From Lama guanicoe (Eukaryota), in contig MU053934.1 of NCBI GenBank assembly GCA_013239625.1, positions 9,073,352-9,137,351 of the forward strand: a DNA stretch of 64,000 bases, written 5' to 3'. Positions 35,976-46,949 of the stretch are shown here, one piece after another (position 1 is the first letter of the stretch; every line of letters starts with the position of its first letter). The notes under the pieces were generated by a model that was not told the origin of the DNA, searched no databases, and saw nothing but the letters and a program-made list of their open reading frames with translations. The translations under genes were made by a program, and so were the position numbers.

Positions 35976-38900
35976 GTAAGTCCCTCGGGCCGCGATCGTT
36001 TATCAGTGTCGGCCTTCCTGGGGGCCGGGCTGCTGGCGTATGTGAGTGGTTTATGAGCTGTGCCCTCCCATGTGGGTCTTGGGAAACTCAAGGATCCCTG
36101 GTTCTCAGGCCCCTGAGTGCCTGGTCGCAGAAAGCCATGGTGGTGACTTCAGAAGGGCTGAAGGTTGGCAGGCCTGCCCCCAGAGCGGCCTGGCAGCACC
36201 CGCAGCCCCTCACTCCCCAGTGTGAAACCTGGAGCCAGGGACAGCTCTCTGGGCCTCCATCTCCTCCTCTGTGAGCTGCGGGTGTCAGAAAGTGCTCTGA
36301 CTCAGAGGAAGATAGCGATGACGCTGGGTGAGCGGACGTGACTTGCTTGGGTGTCCTTATGAGATGAACCCACCTGAAAGCCAGGTTCCGTTCTGTGCAG
36401 TGACCGTGTGGGAACAGCACGGAAGTCTCTGTGTCCTCAGCTTGAAGCTGTGGGCCCACATGAAGCTCCCTCACTCTCAGGCCACTGGGATGTGTGCTGG
36501 GGTGTCCAGGAGCCCTCTTCCTGAGGGAGCAGTGAGAACCCTCTGGTCTCACTGCTCACAACTCCTAACCCTGGTTTTATTGGGTGGGTCTCCTTTAGTG
36601 CCCCTGTGTTGGGAAAAGCTGCACAGTGGAAGCCAATCTCAGGAGCATGGACACGTGACCCCTCCCTTCCAGCCCCATGAAATGCTCAAAGCCAGCACCC
36701 AGCTAGGCTGTCCGGGTGACTGGGCCTTTTGACCTTGAACTTGCTCCTCCTTCTGGGGGTCAGTGCGGTCTTGGGCAGTGCACCAGGCCCAGTATCCACG
36801 TGCTCTGCCCGAGGGGTGGTTGCCCCAGGCCCGCTCTGTTTCCCCAGCCTGGGTCCTTGCCACCGGGTTTGTGGGTGCACAGCATTCTGAAGGGCTTGTG
36901 GGCTATGCTGTAGTTCAGTGGGCAACATTGGTGCTCCCCTGAACCCTGGGGAAACATCTGGGTACTCAGTTTGAGACTGTGTAAGTTCCCTCACTCCCAG
37001 GCCCTCGTCTGTGTCTGGGTTTGAGAATTCCGGAAGATTATCCTTTGATTGTCGACCTGTAATTCACACACAACCCCGAAAGCAAAGGGGAGGACAGGTC
37101 TCCATGCCTGCTAAGCCAGTTTTGGGCAGCTGGCATCACGTGCCAAGATTGTGGCTGAAATCGGCTGCTCCCTGTCGCACTGGTGCATGTTCTGGAATCC
37201 TGGGCCACCCTCAGTGCCGGGGAGTCATTTACTTGTTTGAGGAATGCTCGCCGTGGTCCTACTGTGTGCAGGCTCCTGGGCGGACAGTGGGCCCGCAGAG
37301 GCCCCCATCCCCTGCACAGAGCCCATGAGGAGCATATGCAGAAGCAGCAGCGGCCACAGGGTGCAGGGGTGCTGGGCTCTGGCGGAGGGCATGCGAGGTG
37401 CGGGGTGCGTGGAGTTGATGATGCTTGAATGAAGGGGGAAGGAGGAGCTGAGTTAGGCAGAGGGAAGTAGTGGATGTGGGACTGAGGTGGGCTGTGGACA
37501 TGCATTAACGGGGAGCAGAGGGGTTCCCAGTGATGAAACGGGTTCAGCAAGCAGCCGCCCCGTTCTGCTCCCCGAGGGTTGACGCCTAGTCTGTGTCCAT
37601 CCCATAGATTCATCAGCCTGCCCCGTGGGGGATGCTAAAGAGGGGCCCTGTAGCTCCCTGTGTTGAGGGCAGGAAGTGCCTCCCAACCCTGCAGTCAAGG
37701 CTAGAGGGGGGAAGAGGAGGGACCGGGCTCCAAGCCGCCCCTCCAGGGAAGGCTGTAGCCCCTGTGACCCACTTTCTGCTCGCCAGCGCCACCCGGCGGC
37801 CAGAACAGAGGGTGGGAGGCGAGTGGAGCTCCCCCCACTGAGGAGGGCCAGGACCCCTGGTCTGTCTTCGAGCCTCATGGAGATGCTGTGACATTCTAGA
37901 AAGACCTGGCTTTGGCGTCAGGCCTGCTTAGGTTTGCCTCCCATCTCCGTCCATTCCAGCCCCTTGACCTTGACTGCGAGCAGGTCCAGTGAACTTCTTG
38001 CTGTCAAGGGGGTAGTGGCAGAGCCCGCCTCCGTCCTGCTCGCTCTGGGTTCAGCCCAGGGGGTGTGGGTGGGCACCTAAGGCACATTTTACTGCCAGTA
38101 TTTGTGGATGAAGTGGGGTGGGCAGTGTCTCTGGAGTCCAGGACAGAGTGACATCTGAGAGGCCATGCGGAGGAGGGAGGGACCAGGACCGGGACTCCCA
38201 CCCTGGCTTCCCAGCCTGGCTCTCCTGTCCCTGGTGCCGTGGCCTGGGGTCTTGGCCACCAGGGGCCCTTCTTGCCTCTGACACAGCACTGAGAATACCT
38301 GCTTGTACGTGCCTTGAGGAAGAGCAAGGGTTAGCAATTAAGAGCTCCAGCCGAGTGCCAGCATCGGTGCCCAGAAAACAGTGGCCAGGAGGAGGACAGC
38401 CAGCCCCCTGTTCTCCTCCCAGAACACAGAGCTTCCTCAGAGGGGCTCTGCTGCTGACTCTGCACCTGTGGGCTGACTAGGTGACCATGTGAGTCTCGGG
38501 TTGCTTGGCCCTCATATGGAAGACGAGACATGGGCCCCTGCAGGGCTGTGGGGTCCTGGGGCTGTTCCTGCTGCACACAGGAGTCTGTCCGGTTACAAGT
38601 TCTCATCTGGGGACCCTGTCAAGTAATCATGGGCCTGCCGGGAGCCCAGCGTCACTGCACTGAAGTGGGGCGGGGCCTGCCCTGTGGTGAGGCCGTGGTG
38701 GGTCTAGTCCTGGTTGCCCCATTCCAGCTGGGGGAGTTACTCTGGAACCACAGGAGCAACACTAGCTTAGTGTGAGTGTGGTCACACTAACAAGTCATGT
38801 AAACCAAGGTGGGCAGGACACCTGCCGGAGCTCCAGGTGAGACGGGGCCAGCCTCCTCTCAGCACTGCTGACTCCTCAGGCTGGAGTTCTCTGTTTTACA

Positions 38901-40296
38901 GCCCTTTTCCTTCTCTTCAAGAATTTATGATCTGATCTTTAGAAATCAATTTGTAAAATTTAAAAGAGCTGAATTAGAAGGGACCCAGGGGCCAGCACTT
39001 CTGTGGTTAACATTCAGGAAGTCTAGACAGGCGAGAACTGAGTAAGTCTCTCTCTGTGTCTGGGCCTGAGCCTTCTCTTTGCACACAGCCTCCTGCTGGC
39101 CAGTTTCCCCGGTGGCCGAGGGGCGGTAACTGGAGCGTGACCCAGCAGGCTGGGCCGCAAACCGCAGGGCTGGGCCTCGCGGACTGAGCGGGCTGTTAAA
39201 AATCTGACCACACAACTCCCTCCTGTCCACGGGAGGGACCTTCAGAGTGCCCCGCAGCCTGGGGCAGGGCTGAAAACATCCTCTTCACCCCTCAGTGGGT
39301 CAGGTCCCTGACACTTGTGGTCTTGGAAGCCGGAGTGAAGCTGGGCAGCCTCGGTTGGCACAGCTCTTGGCCCCAGGGTGTAACGTGGGTGGACGGAGTG
39401 GGTGGAGCCCTTTACTGGCCAGTTCCTGGGGCTTGTGTCCAGAATGATAGGAGCATAAAAGTCAGGGGACTGCCAGCAGGGACGGCTGTAAGCATCAGAT
39501 GGCCTGGGGGTGGCCGAAATGGCTATGCCTCCCAGGGAAAGGGCTGGCCTTGGGGACCTCTTTTTTTCCCAGTTTGTGCTGGCTTTCAGTAATGCCTTTT
39601 TCATGAAACCTGGGGTGTCCTGCTCAAATTCATTGAACTGAACAATTGGGGCACGTTATTTTCTCATAGTGGTTGAGGTGGAAATCAAGGCGTGGGGTCC
39701 TAGGGGCCTGGGCCTCTGCTCTGTAACAGATGCAGTGACGACAGCCCCTCGTCCAGCTGGATGCCCCAGCTAACGAAGGATTCGAGGCCGTTCCCAGTCT
39801 GACAGGCAGTTTGCCAGATGCCGTAGTTAAGCTTTCTGGAATGTTTCAGTAAATACGGGTAGAGCAGGACAGGATAATTGAAGTTGGAACGTACCAGAGA
39901 AATCGGGGAATATTTATTTGTGCACAGGTATAAAGCACACAGTAGGTATCAAATTGGTGCTAGGTCCTGGAGATAAAGCCAAAGAGCCACGGCCCCACCC
40001 TAGGGAAGCCAGTGGTCTGGAAGGAGCCAGTAAGGAAGGGCTTGGGGTGCTCTGGTTAATGAGTCATCGAGGAGAGTGTCCGGCTCTCTGGTGTGTGACG
40101 GCTGCAGGAGCTCTCCCAGAACTTCACCCACACCTCGCGTTTCCTGCCTTCCACATACACTGGGTTAATCATCAAATCGAAACCCTGGTCTTGGACAGGA
40201 TACAGGCCACGTGGGAGACGTGGGAAAACGGAACACACATGAAGGGGTGTGTAGCGCCACCTGCTGGCCAGACCACTGGGCCCTTCCTGAAGTGGC

Positions 40297-40334
40297 TGTG
40301 TGTGTGTGTGTGTCTGTGTGTGTGTCTGTGTGTG
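40297..40334. repeat. Imperfect (TG)n microsatellite
   Basis: tgtgtgtgtgtgtgtgtctgtgtgtgtgtctgtgtgtg. Confidence 0.9.
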
Positions 40335-41030
40335 TTCGTAAGTGTGTACATGCGCTTTGAAGTGAGACAGGCTGAGTTTGCTTCTGCCATTTGGTCCAGA
40401 CTGTGGAGTCATGAATGAGTTACGTGTCCTCACAGAGCTTCAGTCTTCCCGTCAGCAGAATAAGAGCGATGTGGGACAGTGAGGGAGCTGGTGGGAGGAG
40501 GAACCCGGATGTTCCCAGCCCGAGGCCGGGCACCGGCCCTCAGTGTCTCCACGGCCACCCCCAGCACTCCCATCTGGCCCGGGCGTGGGTGTCTCCCCTC
40601 TGCCGCCGGGCCCCCCCAACAGGCCCCGACCCTCACATACCTTTAGGGGCATGGAGCTCGTTGTCAGCGTGTCCTTCCGAAGAGCTCAGAACAGTAAATG
40701 GCCACTAAAAGTAAATGAAAGGATCCTTGAGAGTCCTGAAAAAGAGCCTGGGGAAAGGATGTCAAAAGAGACAGCACTCATAATAAACGGCACGAATGAA
40801 ATAAGTCCTAGTGACCCAGCATAAGGCACGCAAACTCAAACAGCTGAAAGGGAGGTGTGAGGGAGGCTGGGACGGCAGGTGCCCCTGACTGGAGAGTCCC
40901 GGTCAGGATGCCAGAGCTTCCTGGGCCTCGCTCTGTGAAGACCTGTGGGACTCTGCACCCTGGCTCTGCTTCTACGGCAGCTGCCTTCAGAGTGTGATGG
41001 GTCTCGAGTCCCGGAGCCAGAAGACAGTCC

Positions 41031-42227
41031 CTGTCCCCATCCTGTCACAGGGTGTCAGAACCTGTCCCCTTCTGTCACAGGAAGTCAGACCCCGTCCCCA
41101 TCCTGTCGCAGGGAGTCAGAACCCGGCCCCTTCTGTCACAGGAAGTCAGACCCCGTCCCCATCCTGTCGCAGGGAGTCAGAACCCGGCCCCTTCTGTCAC
41201 AGGAAGTCAGACCCCGTCCCCATCCTGTCGCAGGGAGTCAGAACCCGGCCCCTTCTGTCACAGGAAGTCAGACCCCGTCCCCATCCTGTCGCAGGGAGTC
41301 AGAACCCGGCCCCTTCTGTCACAGGAAGTCAGACCCCGTCCCCATCCTGTCGCAGGGAGTCAGAACCCGGCCCCTTCTGTCACAGGAAGTCAGACCCCGT
41401 CCCCATCCTGTCGCAGGGAGTCAGAACCCGGCCCCTTCTGTCACAGGAAGTCAGACCCCGTCCCCATCCTGTCGCAGGGAGTCAGAACCCGGCCCCTTCT
41501 GTCACAGGAAGTCAGACCCCGTCCCCATCCTGTCGCAGGGAGTCAGAACCCGGCCCCTTCTGTCACAGGAAGTCAGACCCCGTCCCCATCCTGTCGCAGG
41601 GAGTCAGAACCCGGCCCCTTCTGTCACAGGAAGTCAGACCCCGTCCCCATCCTGTCGCAGGGAGTCAGAACCCGGCCCCTTCTGTCACAGGAAGTCAGAC
41701 CCCGTCCCCATCCTGTCGCAGGGAGTCAGAACCCGGCCCCTTCTGTCACAGGAAGTCAGACCCCGTCCCCATCCTGTCGCAGGGAGTCAGAACCCGGCCC
41801 CTTCTGTCACAGGAAGTCAGACCCCGTCCCCATCCTGTCGCAGGGAGTCAGAACCCGGCCCCTTCTGTCACAGGAAGTCAGACCCCGTCCCCATCCTGTC
41901 GCAGGGAGTCAGAACCCGGCCCCTTCTGTCACAGGAAGTCAGACCCCGTCCCCATCCTGTCGCAGGGAGTCAGAACCCGGCCCCTTCTGTCACAGGAAGT
42001 CAGACCCCGTCCCCATCCTGTCGCAGGGAGTCAGAACCCGGCCCCTTCTGTCACAGGAAGTCAGACCCCGTCCCCATCCTGTCGCAGGGAGTCAGAACCC
42101 GGCCCCTTCTGTCACAGGAAGTCAGACCCCGTCCCCATCCTGTCGCAGGGAGTCAGAACCCGTCCCCATCCTGTCACAGGGAGTCAGAACCCGTCCCCAT
42201 CCTGTCACAGGAAAGTAGAGCCTGTCC
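41031..42227. repeat. 61-bp dimeric (30+31) minisatellite, 18 core copies with monomer flanks
   Basis: Unit ccccttctgtcacaggaagtcagaccccgt+ccccatcctgtcgcagggagtcagaacccgg starts at 41066 and recurs every 61 nt to 42103; 17 identical copies plus one with a single change. Confidence 0.98.
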
Positions 42228-42942
42228 GCGTCTCCATTCCCAGCCCTGGCTGGCCCTGGGGACACACACAGGGATCTGGGCCTGGAGCCCGAGGCTCAGT
42301 GAGGGAGAACGGAGCCGACTTCACTGCCTGAGCGCAGCTCTTGCCTCCTGCCTCCCTCTGGGACCTCGGGACGGCCACCGACTCTTTCACCCTGTTGCCT
42401 CATCTGAAAAACGGCCCTCCCCCCGCCCTCCTGGTGCAGGTGTGGTCACACTAGCGAATCACGAGGACGAGTGGCCACGCGCTCAGTCAGTGGCAGCAGC
42501 CGTGCCCGCTAGTGCGGAGATGGCCGCTGCAGGGTCGTCTCCGAGACCCACCCGAGAGCCCTGTGTCGCCCTGATCGCGGTCCGGGCGAGGAGCCGGGAG
42601 CCTGGACGACACTCAGAGGGCGGGGTGTGCCTGGTGAGGCCAGCCCGGGGTGGGGCTCTGCCGGTGACAGGGGGACACACCCCACTCCAGGCACGACCCT
42701 TGACCCCAGCCACCCAGCGCCCCCTGAGGGTGTTGGAAGAGGCTAGTGGCTGAGTCGGCGGCCCGGAGGTCCACGGCACCTCCCGCAGGTGAGTGAGGGG
42801 TGCTCTTCCCGTGGCCGAGTGGCCCCAGGGGCGGCGGGAGGCCCCGCACTGCGAGCCCCCGCTTCCCCCGCGCTCTGTTGTTCCTCTGCTTGCTGAATCG
42901 GCCCTAACCCTCTTCTTGTCTCTCTGTCCACTTTTCTTGCAG

Positions 42943-43297
42943 CCGCTGCGAGCGCTTGCCTTGCCATGAGAATCAGGAGTGCCCCAAGCTGCCTCTGAGA
43001 ATAACCTACTACCACCTCTCTTTCCCCACCAACATCCAAGTGCCCGCCGTGGTTTTCCGCATGGGCCCCTCCAGTGCGGTCCCCGGGGACAGCATGCAGC
43101 TGGCCATCACCGGCGGCAATGAGGAGGGCTTTTTCACCACCCGGAAGGTGAGCCACCACAGTGGGGTGGTGGCCCTGACCAAGCCCGTCCCCGAGCCCAG
43201 GGACTTGCTCCTGACCGTCAGGATGGACCTCTATCGCCACGGCACCGTCAGCTCCTTTGTGGCCAAGCTTTACATCTTTGTGTCCGCAGAGCTCTGA
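42943..43297 (+). CDS. FBLN1: Fibulin-1C alternative terminal exon (C-terminal fibulin module)
   Basis: Long pyrimidine tract then cttgcAG|CCGCTGC; RCERLPCHENQECPKLPLRITYYHLSFPTN...VSSFVAKLYIFVSAEL*, TGA at 43295-43297. Confidence 0.98.
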
Positions 43298-43368
43298 GCG
43301 CTCGCTTTGGGCCGTGGGGCGGTGGGGCCCCCTCTCGCTGCTTTCCTAACCCTGCCCTCCGGGATTTG

Positions 43369-43374
43369 AATAAA
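43369..43374 (+). terminator. FBLN1: Polyadenylation signal of fibulin-1C
   Basis: AATAAA about 70 nt after the C stop codon, followed by a GT/T-rich element (gtgccttggttttatttgg, ~43409-43427) and G-runs. Confidence 0.85.
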
Positions 43375-44387
43375 GTTTCAGCAGGCGATCCCACACAGCA
43401 TGGCTGGCGTGCCTTGGTTTTATTTGGCGTAGTGGGGGGGGTCTCTGTGCTGCGGAGTGGGGGCGGGTTGGGGGGCAGAGCTCTGCTTGTCTTGATGCGA
43501 AGCCCAAACTTGTGGTGGAAAACTCTGGACCCACCTGCAGCATCTTGGATGCCACCCTTACCTAAGTGAGGTCAGTCCCCTCCTCTGAGGATCCCAGCTT
43601 CACACCAGGAGGAGGCGAAGGACAGCACCGTAAATGGGCCGCTCGTGGGAACCACTAAGCGTGCGTCAGGCCCTTCGTGTGCGTTACTTTCCGTCCTGTG
43701 GGGCAGGTCCCCAGAGAGACTCAGAGGGGGCGAGTGATTTGCTCAAGGTCACACAGCCAATATTTGAACCTCGGCTGGCTGACTTCACAGTTCTGACTAT
43801 TCCATTCGGTCACAATACCTCCAATGTGGACCTCAATCCACCTGCCTCTCTTCACCTCCCCCTCTGTGATTCCAGCCAAGCCCCCAGTGTGCCTTCCCAG
43901 GCCCTGCATCATTCAGTCCTCGTGTACGTCTCCAGCCTGGCCTCAAATTGTTCTTTCCTTGCTCACTTCCCTTGAGCCACACTGCCGAGCCTTTTGCTGC
44001 CTCAGGCCCTTTGCACCTTCTTTTGCACCCTTGGAGCCTGAATGTTCGTTAAACCTCAGCCTGTGTGTTCCTTTCTTGGAGGGGCCTCCCTGGACACCCT
44101 TGGGTTATGTTTCTGCTATTAGTCTTTCTTATAACACTTCCTTTGGGATGTTTATCACAGTTCACAGTTCCCATTCATCAGTGTCTCATTTTTATCTTCC
44201 CCACCATCCAGAAGGCTCTGTGAAGGCAGGGGCCAAGTCTGTCCCATTCAGTGCTGTGTCCCTCGCTCCTGGCAGTGCCTAGCCCACAGTAGGTGCCCTA
44301 CTCATGGCTGCTGAAGTGATGGACGACTTTCCGCCAACATTGCTTTATGTGTCTAGCGTTTCTGTGGCTGCCGACCCTGTTTTCAAG

Positions 44388-44501
44388 CAGAAACATGAAG
44401 GGAAGGCAGACTGTCAAGAGGAATCAAGTAAGAGGATCCTAAGGTCCTTCCTACAAGTACGTGGGAGGAAGGTGGGAAGGGGCCCACGTGGTGTCCAGTG
44501 A
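44388..44501 (+). other. FBLN1: Homologue of the human fibulin-1B terminal exon (latent or degenerate)
   Basis: cagaaacatgaagggaaggcaga...atcaagtaagagga...cccacgtggtgtccagtga resembles the recalled human 1B tail (QKSKKGRQ..SSKED..THLDA*) with frameshifts; lies between the C and D exons; preceded by tgttttcAAGCAG. Confidence 0.6.
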
Positions 44502-45163
44502 AGAGGACAGATGTACATTTATCTCTGTGCCTTGTGCCCTACGACAGAGGCAGCAGTTAACTTGCCTTGGGAGCTCACGAATCTCTGAGCCCCCCACTGT
44601 CTCCCAGACCCCTCTCTGAGCATCTCTGGTCTGGACCAGCTCTCAGTCTCCCATCTTCCAGGCTGAAGCCAGAGGACCTCTCTGAAGGATCAGTCTGGTT
44701 TTGTCCCTCCCCTCTTTTGAACCTTCTATGGTTCTTTTACTAGCAGACGAAGCCCAGCACCCTTGGAATGACATTTGAGGCCCTGCCTGATCCAGCCTCT
44801 GTCTGCCTTTTCAGCTCGCTCCCTGCTCCAGCTCGCACCGTTTGCTTGAGTTCTGGTCACACAAGGCTCTTGCCCTTCCCTGAATATGCCGCCTTCAGGC
44901 TTTAGCACGTGCCCCGCCATCCTCCCACAAAGTGCCGCGCTCCCTGAAGACTTAGCTTAAAAGTCACCTCCTCAGGGAAGCCTTTCCTTAATCTGAGTTT
45001 TCTCAGAGCCAGGTATACTCCCTCAGAGCATTTACTGTGTCATCTTGTTGCTTTTTATCGTTCCCACTGCTCTGGGGCCTTTTTGAAGGCAGGGGTTGTA
45101 CCTGTATGCTCTACATGTTTAGAATGTGTGGCCTGTAGAAGGAGCTCATCTGAATAAACATTA

Positions 45164-45347
45164 TGGATGGATGGATGGATGATGGGTGGTTGGATGGGTG
45201 GATGGGTGGATGGATGGGTGGGTGGATGATAGGTGAATGGGTGGATGGATGATGGGTAGATGGATAGATCGATGGGTGGATGGATGGGTAGATGGGTGGA
45301 TGGATGATGGATGGATGGATGGATGATGGATAGATTGATGGATGGAT
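45164..45347. repeat. (GGAT/GGGT)n microsatellite
   Basis: About 180 bp of imperfect tggatggatgggtgga. Confidence 0.95.
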
Positions 45348-46949
45348 AGTATTTTCAAGGTGGAGTTCAAATGTCACCTCTTCTGTGAAATCATCATTGT
45401 AGTCAATTATTCTTTCATCACAGTCCAGAGTGTTCAGGCCAGAGGAGCACTTTTCCCGTAGGAGTGTTATGATGTGGGTGGGAAATTCTTGGGGACTTTA
45501 GAAGTCATCCAGTGACATTATACATATTGCCAGAATCTCCTCTACAAAGCTCCTCCCAATTGACTATCCAGCTGAGCTCACACTCTCCCTTGTTTGAGGA
45601 ACCCCCTTCCTCTTCAGGTAGCCCGTTCTGTTTCAGGACATCTCTGATGTTTTGGTGTGTCTGCCCGAGTGCACACGTGGGGGATGATATCTGGCTTACC
45701 TGAATGCTCACCTCTGCCCTGCTGTTGCTTGAGGCTCTGTAGCAGTATTTCTGTCACCCTGCTGAGATCCTGTAGTGCAGAAAAAACAAACCAAGCCAAC
45801 CAACCAAACAAACCCCATGAGTTTGACTGTCTCCCTGCCCACGTGCTAGCTCTGTGACCTCGGATAAGTCACTTGCCTCTCAGAGCTGCCAGGCCTATTT
45901 TGTGGATTGTTTTGAAAATTGCGTGGAGTTACACACCAGGCAGCACCTGGCATGTGGCAGGCAGGCACGGAGGTGCTGGTTTCTCCACCCATGGGAATGT
46001 ACTTGACTGTTCATTTGGCTCTCGATTTAGATCGGGAATAAAAGTTCAGAGGGTTTGTAGAGCTGCCTCCACCTCCATCTCCTGGACCTGCGTGCACACT
46101 TCTGGCGGCCACTGTACTAAACCAAGCTCCCGAGAGTGAAGGATAGTAATTATGACGATCACTCTCATGATGATAAAAATAATGACTGTGACAGCGGACA
46201 CCCATGCACGGCTTTCTCTGGGCCGGGCCCAGTTCCAGGCACTTAGGGAGCCCTCACAGAGCCTTGTGAGCAAAGTGCTGTTATGATCCTCACTTCGCAG
46301 TGGAGACGTGGAGGGACAGCGAAGTTAAGTAGCTCCCCCAAAGGCACCCAGCGGATGTAAAGTGGGGCCGGGATTCGGAGCTAGGCAGCCTGGCCCAGGA
46401 GTGTGTTCTGAAGCCCAGCCCTGCACTGCCTCAAATGCTGAAGGAGGGCAGGATAGCTGGGATTAGCCAGCCCTCGTCAGCCTGTTACTCCAGCCTCACT
46501 TCAGAAAGCCCTGCATACGAGCCCTGTTCTAAAATTCCCAAGTACAAAATAAGATGTTTTGTTTGCTAAGGAAGGGGGCAGCGTGGTGTAGAGGAAAACA
46601 GCGTGAAAGCTAAATGGGGTAGTGTGTGCAGACTGTCCTACATGGATGTCCAGGAAGATGCTGCAGCATCGTTTTTGAAGTTCTCTGGATCCCAAGCAAA
46701 ACACACACGAACTAGATACGACTGTTTTTTTAATCCATGGAAAACATTTACAACTAAACAAGGTGACAGGGTATCCCCATGAACCCAAAATATAGTTCGT
46801 GCCCACCTGCATGGTATTGGCATCTGTGCAGGAGAAAGCAGTGGAAGAACCCCCAAATAGGCAGGAGGTATCCCCTAGAAGGCTCAGTAGACCGATCTGA
46901 GACGGCAGCTGAGACGCGGAGGCATTGTGGTCTCCATCACTACAATGGC

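Noticed and set aside
35976..41030. Homologue of the human fibulin-1A terminal exon
   Set aside because: Nothing recognisable without an alignment
41066..42163. CRISPR-like array
   Set aside because: Units are identical head to tail with no unique spacers, there are no cas genes, and the context is a mammalian intron; it is a minisatellite
40945..42753. 602/445/388-aa ORFs as a real gene
   Set aside because: They are a by-product of a stop-free repeat, start at non-ATG codons and have no gene structure; kept only as a hypothesis in findings
45111..45377. His/Pro/Ser/Ile-rich ORFs
   Set aside because: Translation of the (GGAT)n microsatellite
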